A stretch of DNA of 24,896 nucleotides from a virus. The notes below the pieces were generated by a model. It saw nothing but the letters and a program-made list of their open reading frames with translations, did no database searches and was not told the DNA's origin. Below are positions 16,465 through 23,573 of this stretch, in pieces (the stretch's first letter is position 1; each line of letters begins with the position of its first letter). The position numbers and the translations under genes are program-made. The stretch covers positions 1 to 24,896 of the IMG/VR virus record IMGVR_UViG_3300005099_000002; one strand, written 5' to 3'.

Positions 16465-16731
16465 TTATTGTGTCACGTTTAAATCTACAAGTTTATGTCC
16501 ACACTTAGGGCATTTACCGCCGCTACAAATTAAATCTATTAAACTTGTTTTCACGCCGCAAGCACATTTAAAATAGATGTGGCCGCTTAGTTCTGTTTTT
16601 ATTTTTTGTAAAACATTAAAGTCTAATAGGTTCGTGTTAAGCTCAGTTGTGCCGGTTCCAGTCACCGGACGAGGGATAGCAGAGGGTGGATAGTTAAAAC
16701 GGTGCTTCCAGCTTGGCACAACCATCATCAT
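16465..16731 (-). CDS. Zn-ribbon protein
   Basis: FKCACG...CSGGKCPKCGH. Confidence 0.6.
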   Translation of the reverse strand: MMMVVPSWKHRFNYPPSAIPRPVTGTGTTELNTNLLDFNVLQKIKTELSGHIYFKCACGVKTSLIDLICSGGKCPKCGHKLVDLNVTQ

Positions 16732-16845
16732 CGCCTATATTTTAAATCCAATTTACAATTATAATAATAATTATAATGATTATTATTGTTGCGAGCCCTG
16801 TAAATAGAATCGCGTTTCTATATGCTTGTTCCACCTTTTTCATTT

Positions 16846-17103
16846 CTATGCCTCCACGTTTACACCTAAAACGGCTAACGCGTTTTTCACAATTTCAGCT
16901 CGTTCAGTGTCGCCTTCCTCTAGGAACCGTTTATAGAGTTTTTTACAGTAGTCTTGTAGGTGTTTTGGCATGGTTGATTGTTTGCCTTCTAATAGTGATT
17001 TCACTATTTCGCCGAGGGTTTTACGTTGGCCCTTTTTCTTGAGTTGAAGTTGTAGTTCTAAAAGTTTGACATGGGTATATTCGTCTACTTTTATAGTCGG
17101 CAA
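16846..17103 (-). CDS. Ribbon-helix-helix DNA-binding protein
   Basis: TIKVDEYTHVKLLEL...RKTLGEIVKSLL fits the archaeal RHH/VapB-like pattern; TTG start with GGTG RBS. Confidence 0.7.
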   Translation of the reverse strand: MPTIKVDEYTHVKLLELQLQLKKKGQRKTLGEIVKSLLEGKQSTMPKHLQDYCKKLYKRFLEEGDTERAEIVKNALAVLGVNVEA

Positions 17104-17121
17104 CTTTTACACCTTTATATT

Positions 17122-17153
17122 TTTATAAAAGTATACCGGTATACTTTTATAAA
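17122..17153. repeat. 32-bp perfect palindrome
   Basis: TTTATAAAAGTATACCGGTATACTTTTATAAA is its own reverse complement. Confidence 0.95.
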
Positions 17154-17180
17154 TTTGTATTTTTATATTTTTCTAACCGG

Positions 17181-17537
17181 CTACTTGTCTACTTGTTCAA
17201 AAAATTCTTTGGTCGGTGTAGTGTATTTTGCTTTCAGCCGTTTAACCGTGAAATAACAGTTTTTAGGCCGTTTACTGCCGTAAGGACAACGATGAGGTAT
17301 TGGGTTTGTGCCGCCGGTCCAATACGGATTTTCATCCCAATGGTTACGCCAATCACAAACATAGTAGAATTCGAGCTGGTCTATCCACACTATTTGATGG
17401 GCCTTACGCTTTTTTCCTTCCAGTTCACATAGCTCGCAGTTCTTATGTGGAAGCTGGTCGTAAGCGTACTGTTTCCAAGCCTCCCAGCAACTCAAACAAA
17501 CATCTTCTTTTTTACTCGTATTTCCACGGCTCGTCAT
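17181..17537 (-). CDS. Cys-rich hypothetical protein
   Basis: CLSC, CELC, CDW..H, HRC..C motifs. Confidence 0.65.
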   Translation of the reverse strand: MTSRGNTSKKEDVCLSCWEAWKQYAYDQLPHKNCELCELEGKKRKAHQIVWIDQLEFYYVCDWRNHWDENPYWTGGTNPIPHRCPYGSKRPKNCYFTVKRLKAKYTTPTKEFFEQVDK

Positions 17538-17745
17538 ATTTTTTCAACTCGTAAATGTTTTTCTCTAAGGTTAAAATTATTTCAGCTAATGTTTTTTCTT
17601 TATCTAAAAAATGGAACAAACGGTATTTACCATCTTCACAACTTACCCATGAAAGTTGTTTACGGTCGAGGTTTAAAACTTTAGCTGTTGTTTTTAGCCA
17701 CGCATCTAACCGTTTTCTTATTTGTTTTGAAAGTATTTTAGACAC
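17512..17745 (-). CDS. Hypothetical protein
   Basis: 77 aa, overlapping both neighbours. Confidence 0.6.
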   Translation of the reverse strand: MSKILSKQIRKRLDAWLKTTAKVLNLDRKQLSWVSCEDGKYRLFHFLDKEKTLAEIILTLEKNIYELKKYDEPWKYE

Positions 17746-18118
17746 GCTCCTCGATTACTTCGAGTTTTCCGCCGCAGTACCGGCACCGCCATAACAGTTG
17801 TTGTGCGATGTTTTCCGGGTAGGTTACCCTGCACTTGGGGCAGCGGCCCCACCGGATAACCCGGGTTCCTTCAAGCCGTTTTTTCAGTTTTTTGTGTTCC
17901 GGAGTCATCATCGTGGGGATAAATACTGGCAGCGGTATTTGCGGGTTTCCGGGCCAGTGACGTTCAAGATACTCTTTGAACGCTCTTAATGCGAGTTCGC
18001 TGAAGCTTATTTGTTCCCGTTTAGCCAGTTTACGCATTTTCTCATATACGTCTCGTTCTTCTTCTATTACTTGCAGTAAAATTTGCTTAGGAACGCCTTT
18101 TTTTAAAGGTCTAGGCAT
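17738..18118 (-). CDS. RHH plus Zn-ribbon transcription regulator
   Basis: YEKMRKLAKREQISFSELALRAFKEYL (RHH helices) plus CPKC...CRYCG; GGGTGA RBS. Confidence 0.75.
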   Translation of the reverse strand: MPRPLKKGVPKQILLQVIEEERDVYEKMRKLAKREQISFSELALRAFKEYLERHWPGNPQIPLPVFIPTMMTPEHKKLKKRLEGTRVIRWGRCPKCRVTYPENIAQQLLWRCRYCGGKLEVIEERV

Positions 18119-18282
18119 TTTTCACCCTCCGAAAGTCTTTTTTCAAGAAAATAAATATAGGTTGGGCATAGCCGCCAGTACTCGTCTATTAAGGTTTCAT
18201 CGGGATACAAAATGAAGTCGCAGTACTGGCCGCTAAGCTTACATTTTTTTGTGTCGGTTAAATAGGGACATTTTTTAGACAT
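18103..18282 (-). CDS. Cys-rich small protein (59 aa; not in ORF track)
   Basis: MSKKCPYLTDTKKCKLSGQYCDFILYPDETLIDEYWRLCPTYIYFLEKRLSEGEKCLDL; GGTGGGG upstream; overlaps next gene. Confidence 0.6.
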   Translation of the reverse strand: MSKKCPYLTDTKKCKLSGQYCDFILYPDETLIDEYWRLCPTYIYFLEKRLSEGEKCLDL

Positions 18283-18288
18283 TTGTAA

Positions 18289-18545
18289 ACCCCACCTTTG
18301 TTTCCAGTGGAACTTAACTTGGGCCTGTTTGCTAAGTTAAGTTATTAATATATATTAATAGTTAATATATATTAATGTTGAGTTTAGTTTATGGGTTTTT
18401 CCAGTGGATGCAGTGGAAATAAAGGGGTTATAACAGTGTTTCAGTTTTCCGACGTTAAAAAGAAAATAAAAAACCGGGTTAAGTTAAGGGTTTTCGACCT
18501 TTACTTCGTTAGGAAGTTCGCAAGACCTATACTTCCACTGGAAAA
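18289..18545. other. Putative replication origin: ORB elements flanking an AT-rich unwinding element
   Basis: Minus-strand GTTCCACTGGAAACAAAGGTGGGGT (18289-18313); plus-strand TGCAGTGGAAATAAAGGGGT (18409-18428); cores TTCCAGTGGAT (18399-18409) and TTCCACTGGAA (18533-18543); AT core 18334-18392. Confidence 0.75.
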
Positions 18546-18561
18546 TGTCACACGTGTGACA
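18546..18561. repeat. Dispersed palindrome copy (perfect, fully symmetric)
   Basis: TGTCACACGTGTGACA, next to an ORB core at the origin edge. Confidence 0.9.
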
Positions 18562-18828
18562 TCACAGAAAGTGGTGCAACTTACTAACCTTAGACAACTG
18601 AAACCACGCCAACACATCTTCAACACTATTTGTTAAGAGCCGTCTAATGGCTTCGAAAAGATATTTTGCTCCTTTTGCCGGCGGCGGATAAAGCTTTTGT
18701 TCATTTTCAAAAAAGAATTTGATTAAGGTGAAAAGTTCACGGTAAGTTATTTGTTCCCAGCCGTCCGTCTTAACCAAAACAATCTTATCGTTAACGGTTT
18801 TATTTCCCGGTTTAAACTTAAACTCCAT
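18562..18828 (-). CDS. Hypothetical protein
   Basis: 88 aa ORF with GGTGA RBS. Confidence 0.7.
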   Translation of the reverse strand: MEFKFKPGNKTVNDKIVLVKTDGWEQITYRELFTLIKFFFENEQKLYPPPAKGAKYLFEAIRRLLTNSVEDVLAWFQLSKVSKLHHFL

Positions 18829-18831
18829 TAT

Positions 18832-19149
18832 TTATTCACCTTTATAGTGCGATAAATCTACCCATGGCTGAACATAGCCACAATAAGGGCAAACCGCTAA
18901 GTCTGCGGGAATAGCAGCTTCGCATTTCGGGCAAAATTTAAACTCTTTTTTCTTTGTTTTTTCCACGTGACATACCGTGTCGTCCAACCGTCTAAGACTG
19001 TACAAATATAAGATAAACGCTAATAGCCACGTTAATTCAATGAAAGGAGTATTTACATCAAGTATGTCGCTGGGGTCCGGTATAATCGCCAATAAAAAAA
19101 TAAGAAAAATAATGAAAAACTCATGTTTTCTTAGTCTTATTTTAATCAC
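18832..19149 (-). CDS. Membrane protein with C-terminal double Zn ribbon
   Basis: Two hydrophobic segments around IPDPSDILD; FCPKC...VCPYCG. Confidence 0.75.
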   Translation of the reverse strand: MIKIRLRKHEFFIIFLIFLLAIIPDPSDILDVNTPFIELTWLLAFILYLYSLRRLDDTVCHVEKTKKKEFKFCPKCEAAIPADLAVCPYCGYVQPWVDLSHYKGE

Positions 19150-20086
19150 CCAGCTCGTTTATTGGAATTATGTATTGGCCGTTTTCACCAACAACCATTA
19201 AAAAGATTACTTGATTGTTTGTTTCCGCTATTTTCTTTAACGCTTCCACTAAGATATATAGTTGGGCGACTTCACTCGCGTTCATGCCGCATTTTTCTGC
19301 TATAAGAGCAATAGCCTCGGCGGTTGCGTTTGCTTGTATAAGTGTGGCGTTTGCATTTGCCTGAGCGGTTATTATAACTGTGTTGGCTCGGTACATTGCC
19401 GCTATCATTTCTTGTTCCGCTGCTAACTTATCTTCAATTGCATCAATAAATTTTTGCGGCAGAGCTATCTCGCGTAAGTCTAGTTCTTCTAAGATAACCG
19501 CGTTTAACAGTGTTCTGTCGGCTGTTAACCGGTTTTCAAACTCGTTATAAAGTATGGTTCCTATTTCAGCACGTTTCTCAATCGTTTCAATAGCTGAATA
19601 ATTAGCAATAACATCTCTTACCGTTTCACGTAGAATGCTGGCTATTGTTGTCATTTTCCAATTTAACATGGGATAGTTTTTGTATAGTTCAAGTACTTTA
19701 TTCGGGTCTAGTCGCCATCGCGCCATAATGTCGACTTCCACGCTTAAACCGTCACGTGTTAAACATGGTATCGCCGGGTAGTCGCCGGTTGCGTTTCTCT
19801 CGGACCACATTTCTAAACTGTCTACTGCTACATACACATATTTTACACTGGCCCAAGGTGCTTTTTTGAAAAACAAATAAGCAGCGTAGGTTCCGTCACC
19901 AACCGCCCACATTTCTTGGCTAATCGGGTCAATAATAATAGCCGTATAACCAACCTTAACATGCACGGTTGTGCACACTATAAGTATCGGTGTCCCTATA
20001 AGTACAAAAAGTACCAGTACTGCAACCGTGCTTTTCAAAACGTTTTTTATTTTGGAACGCTTAAATATTCGTTTTTCATTCCACAT
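19142..20086 (-). CDS. SPFH/prohibitin (band 7) membrane protein
   Basis: N-terminal TM, TRDGLSVEVDIMARWRL, RETVRDVIANY, LREIALPQKFIDAIEDKLAAEQE, Ala-rich coiled coil. Confidence 0.92.
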   Translation of the reverse strand: MWNEKRIFKRSKIKNVLKSTVAVLVLFVLIGTPILIVCTTVHVKVGYTAIIIDPISQEMWAVGDGTYAAYLFFKKAPWASVKYVYVAVDSLEMWSERNATGDYPAIPCLTRDGLSVEVDIMARWRLDPNKVLELYKNYPMLNWKMTTIASILRETVRDVIANYSAIETIEKRAEIGTILYNEFENRLTADRTLLNAVILEELDLREIALPQKFIDAIEDKLAAEQEMIAAMYRANTVIITAQANANATLIQANATAEAIALIAEKCGMNASEVAQLYILVEALKKIAETNNQVIFLMVVGENGQYIIPINELGD

Positions 20087-20093
20087 TTATTTT

Positions 20094-20558
20094 TCACCTC
20101 CCTTTAGGTTTATAATAGGGGCAGAAGTTTGGTTTTTCGGGTGCGTGGCCTTTACGGAGACAGTCTTCCAGCCACTCGCACCCGTGGCATATAAGTTTTT
20201 CACGGGGCTTTACGGACGTGTAATATTCGCCCCGCGTTATTTTTCTAACACGGTACAGGTAGCGGGCGGAAAAACTGCCGTAATATTTTTTCACTTCGTC
20301 GACCCATTCACGTACGGTTTTAAACCCGGAGTTTTCCACGTAGCTTTCCAGTTCTTCGGGTGATTCGATTTTCTTCACGAATTTAATGTAAACGTAACAT
20401 AGAAACTCTACGTATCGCCGTTTAAAGCTTCCTTTAACAGCTTTTGCTTTTCCTTCCCGCCTCGGGTAACGTAACGTGTAAACAAAACCGTGTTTAAGCA
20501 GGTGTTCCCGCGGACCCTTACTGTTAAAAAATATAACTCCGTTTTTCGGCCGCTTCAC
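20094..20558 (-). CDS. ASCH/PUA-like domain protein with Cys-rich tail
   Basis: VYTLR...LESYVENSGFKTVREW pattern resembles ASCH; C-terminal CxxC..C..C. Confidence 0.5.
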   Translation of the reverse strand: MKRPKNGVIFFNSKGPREHLLKHGFVYTLRYPRREGKAKAVKGSFKRRYVEFLCYVYIKFVKKIESPEELESYVENSGFKTVREWVDEVKKYYGSFSARYLYRVRKITRGEYYTSVKPREKLICHGCEWLEDCLRKGHAPEKPNFCPYYKPKGR

Positions 20559-20962
20559 CTGCTCTCACCTCTACTTTTTTCGCGGACCCACATTCGACGA
20601 GCTGAAACCCATTTAAACCCGATTTTCCTAAGTTTTTCGTTTATGTTGTTCCATGCGTCGCGGCCCAGCCAGCCGCTCGGTATAATTATGTCTTTGTTTT
20701 CCGTAGACGTGAAGGAAACTTTACGTCGCTCTTCCGCTGAAAGAACGCTCTTAGGACACACGGTTAGAGTGGGTTGTTCTACTGGTTTTTCCGGCGGCCC
20801 GAAAAGACTAAGCTTTAAAATCATTTTCATGGTTGCAAGCACAGCTATACGGTGCTCCCTCTTGTCTTCTTCTTTGAGGTTAGGGAACCATTTATCTACG
20901 AGTTCAACCGCCAAACTATGGATGGCTTCCATTTTTTCTTTTTCGTTTATTTTTCCCACCAC
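20555..20962 (-). CDS. Hypothetical protein
   Basis: 135 aa, coupled overlaps, C-terminal WNNINEKLRKIGFKW...W motif. Confidence 0.7.
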   Translation of the reverse strand: MVGKINEKEKMEAIHSLAVELVDKWFPNLKEEDKREHRIAVLATMKMILKLSLFGPPEKPVEQPTLTVCPKSVLSAEERRKVSFTSTENKDIIIPSGWLGRDAWNNINEKLRKIGFKWVSARRMWVREKSRGESR

Positions 20963-21615
20963 GCTTTTCGAAGTGTTTTAACATTAACATTCGTGAATTT
21001 TTTAAGCTCGGAAATTAGCCACTTGGTTTTTTCCAGCTCGGGTTCCGGTAGCTTATGGTTGTAGTTGTCGTAGCCCACGTAGACCGTTCGCGGATTTATT
21101 TTTTCTAGGAAGTTAACGAACACGTTGTTGAAATCTAAAATCGGCTCTATTGCTATGAACTTATCATCCCACGGCAGTTTTTTCATTGCCAATAGACGTT
21201 CCATTGGGTGCGGTGCGTCGCTTACATCCCAGTCTCGGTCGCTTTCAATAGTGGCCCCTAAAATAACGTTCGACGGGAAAAGTTCGAGAAAATCAAAATA
21301 TCTTAAAGGGTTTTTTGTTAAAAGAAGAAACCGGCTGTCCGGGTTTTTTTCAATGGTATGTAAAACCTGTACAATCCACGTGTCCGGAACCTCGTAACAA
21401 AACAAGTCACCCATGTCGACCACAAAAACTATTTTATTTTTAAACCGACGGTTCAAACGCTCAGGATGTAAATGTGGAACAAACCTGTAACATTTTTTGC
21501 AGCGGTTTTTTTGACGCCTAGCTAAACGGCGAGCCCAACAGTAACAACAATTATGTGTGCAGCCGACCACAGGGTTCCATGTAACTTTAACCATGCTAAA
21601 CATGCGGCTTGTCAA
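20947..21615 (-). CDS. DUF5131 (phage Gp37/Gp68) radical-SAM-like protein
   Basis: TWNPVVGCTHNCCYCWA (CxxxCxxC), VFVVDMGDLF, LLTKNP, IEPIL signatures. Confidence 0.9.
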   Translation of the reverse strand: MTSRMFSMVKVTWNPVVGCTHNCCYCWARRLARRQKNRCKKCYRFVPHLHPERLNRRFKNKIVFVVDMGDLFCYEVPDTWIVQVLHTIEKNPDSRFLLLTKNPLRYFDFLELFPSNVILGATIESDRDWDVSDAPHPMERLLAMKKLPWDDKFIAIEPILDFNNVFVNFLEKINPRTVYVGYDNYNHKLPEPELEKTKWLISELKKFTNVNVKTLRKAWWEK

Positions 21616-21961
21616 TTCTCACACCTCGAGCATACATGTAAATGTCTTCAAAGTTTTTGAAAAGCATTAGAAAACCGCCGTAAGGCACAATACGCGGATA
21701 AATACATCTAACATATAGATGTTTACCGCGTCTAAGGTAGCCGTTGAAGTGAGGGCAGCCTTGGCAGTGTTTTAGCACGTTGACCGTGCTGTCGGATTTA
21801 AAACATGTCTCACGTGTGACTTCCACGAACGCCACGCGACTAGCAACATTAAACTTAACCCTTCTAATGTGTTCGTTTTCCATTTTGGGCGGCTGGATGA
21901 GTGAGGGAGGGGAGTATGAACGGAAACAAAAAAAAGTTGAACACAACAGGTTTACATCCAA
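21596..21961 (-). CDS. Hypothetical Cys-containing protein (true start may be ATG 21883)
   Basis: CQGCPHF...VRC motif; T8 tract in the 5' extension suggests the shorter start. Confidence 0.55.
   Translation of the reverse strand: MDVNLLCSTFFCFRSYSPPSLIQPPKMENEHIRRVKFNVASRVAFVEVTRETCFKSDSTVNVLKHCQGCPHFNGYLRRGKHLYVRCIYPRIVPYGGFLMLFKNFEDIYMYARGVRIDKPHV
21806..21821. repeat. Dispersed palindrome copy (2 mismatches)
   Basis: TGTCTCA-CG-TGTGACT, inside a hypothetical gene. Confidence 0.65.
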
Positions 21962-21972
21962 CCTTTACCCAC

Positions 21973-22200
21973 CTATTTTATTTTAACCGCTCCCGGTATG
22001 AATATCGGCCTATCAGTATTGTAGCCGAAATCACGTTTACAATGTTCACATGTCCATCTCCAAGCGAGAATTGTGCCGCATATCTTTACGCCGCGGCCAA
22101 ACTTCCAAATAGTTGTTTCTATCGGTGCGTATCCTAGTACAATCATTTTAACGCTGCCTTTCCGCCCACATTTAGGGCAATCATAACTGTCGAAGACCAT
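21973..22200 (-). CDS. Zn-ribbon protein
   Basis: CPKCG...WTCEHC. Confidence 0.7.
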   Translation of the reverse strand: MVFDSYDCPKCGRKGSVKMIVLGYAPIETTIWKFGRGVKICGTILAWRWTCEHCKRDFGYNTDRPIFIPGAVKIK

Positions 22201-22385
22201 TTTAACCGCCTTCCCTCCGCTTGGTGCATATAAATCTCAACGTTAAAACAAACGAAAAACCCACTTGATGTCAATGAACATTCTTCCATTCTGATTTCTT
22301 TGAAAAACTGTTTAGCAGTATAATCATCTAGGATTTCTTTGATTTTATTCATAAAATCAGTTAGAAAATCTATTTCTTTACTCAC
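22143..22385 (-). CDS. Hypothetical protein
   Basis: 80 aa, abuts upstream gene; AT-rich. Confidence 0.45.
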   Translation of the reverse strand: MSKEIDFLTDFMNKIKEILDDYTAKQFFKEIRMEECSLTSSGFFVCFNVEIYMHQAEGRRLKWSSTVMIALNVGGKAALK

Positions 22386-22952
22386 TTAAAGCACCTCGCT
22401 TTTTCTAATTTTTTCTATTTCTTCTTTACTCGGCTTTTTATTCAATAAACAGCGATAAACTTTGATTTTGTCGTAGGGATATTTTGGGTTAATTGGTTTT
22501 CTTTCTACTTCTTCTATCCAGCCCTGTTGTTCAAAGCGTTTAACAAGTATGCCTAAGTCTCGTAGCAAATGGTCGTAAGCGTATTTATCTAAGCCGGTGG
22601 CTTCACGTAAATCCCTTATCGTAAAAGTGTCACCGTAATTTAAACTGGCAATATAATTAGCAATGATATTTAACAGGTCTTCACGGGTCCCTTTAAAAAC
22701 CGGCTTAACTGGTTTACTCGGTTTATATGGTTCGATTGGCATGGGTTCCGGTGGTCTTACCGGCGGTTCCTCCGGTAAAGTTTGAATACCTAAAAGTTTA
22801 CCCGGGTTTTCTTTTCTCCTTGGTTTTTCACGTTTAACCGGCAACGGTTTAAGCGGAACACCTACCAAAAAAGTTTTACCGCAAAACGGACAAGTAACTT
22901 TGAAAGCGTTTTCAATAGGTTCCAGCTCTTCAAACATCGGTACTTCACCCAC
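22386..22952 (-). CDS. Zn ribbon, Pro-rich linker and winged-helix DNA-binding protein
   Basis: CPFCG; PEEPPVRPPEPMP; FTIRDLREATGL...LVKRFEQQGWIEEV...KVYR wHTH pattern. Confidence 0.7.
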   Translation of the reverse strand: MGEVPMFEELEPIENAFKVTCPFCGKTFLVGVPLKPLPVKREKPRRKENPGKLLGIQTLPEEPPVRPPEPMPIEPYKPSKPVKPVFKGTREDLLNIIANYIASLNYGDTFTIRDLREATGLDKYAYDHLLRDLGILVKRFEQQGWIEEVERKPINPKYPYDKIKVYRCLLNKKPSKEEIEKIRKSEVL

Positions 22953-22953
22953 T

Positions 22954-23157
22954 TTAACCGCCTTCTTTCAGTTTTTTTCTAACCTTCAAAAAAAGAACAA
23001 CATCTTCCTCCAACAAATCAGCGTTCCTAATGCGGCTTAAAAGTACACGTAGCAGAAGAGTGTTTTTCTCGGTGCCGTCAAGATACTTTTTGAGGGCCTC
23101 TTTTTCACGTGGACTAAAAATATATGTTCTCATGACCACCACCTTTAGTTTTTTCAC
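22954..23157 (-). CDS. Small hypothetical protein (ATG 23133 likely start)
   Basis: AGGTGGTG upstream of ATG 23133; divergent from the promoter at 23179. Confidence 0.65.
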   Translation of the reverse strand: MKKLKVVVMRTYIFSPREKEALKKYLDGTEKNTLLLRVLLSRIRNADLLEEDVVLFLKVRKKLKEGG

Positions 23158-23178
23158 TACAATATAGTAACCGTAACG

Positions 23179-23219
23179 TTTATATATATTATGTTACTAT
23201 AATAGTAACGGTGATAAAA
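23179..23219 (+). promoter_or_regulatory. Archaeal promoter, operator and RBS
   Basis: TTTATATA 23179-23186; GTTACTATAATAGTAAC 23193-23209; GGTGA 23210-23214; ATG 23220. Confidence 0.75.
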
Positions 23220-23561
23220 ATGTTTTGTAGATATTGCGGTTGGTTTGGACCAATAGAACAAGTAAAAAAACGGGAAGAAGAACATTACGGCCGTCCGTGG
23301 ATTATTTTTTCATGTCCACGGTGCGGGGCCGACATAGCTTATTCATTTAAAGAAGATGTCCCGAAAACTATGATAATAAAATATACAAATGTTGACCCAC
23401 CGCCAGACGAGGAGTACTTCTGGTCAGAATTTGTTACAGATGAATGCGATTTAGAAGCAGTAAACTTTATTGTTTGGCTTTGTAGTGAACAAGGCTGGTT
23501 TGATACAGAAAAATATGCTGCTGCAACAAACACGTTGTGGATAAAAATTAGCTTAAAATAA
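23211..23561 (+). CDS. Zn-ribbon-containing hypothetical protein (ATG 23220 likely start)
   Basis: CRYCGW...CPRCG; own promoter. Confidence 0.75.
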   Translation: MIKMFCRYCGWFGPIEQVKKREEEHYGRPWIIFSCPRCGADIAYSFKEDVPKTMIIKYTNVDPPPDEEYFWSEFVTDECDLEAVNFIVWLCSEQGWFDTEKYAAATNTLWIKISLK

Positions 23562-23573
23562 TTTTTTATTTTT
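23562..23573 (+). terminator. Oligo-T terminator between convergent genes
   Basis: TTTTTTATTTTT after stop. Confidence 0.4.

Noticed and set aside
16746-16790. ATAATA/TTATAAT repeats upstream of 16731
   Set aside because: Low-complexity AT-rich promoter DNA without a distinct repeated unit
1822-22137. Many plus-strand ORFs of 60-165 aa in the track (e.g. 3220..3630, 6241..6618, 12015..12320, 14671..15009, 19971..20363, 20490..20981)
   Set aside because: They lie antisense to well-supported genes, lack promoter/RBS signals and have shadow-like composition
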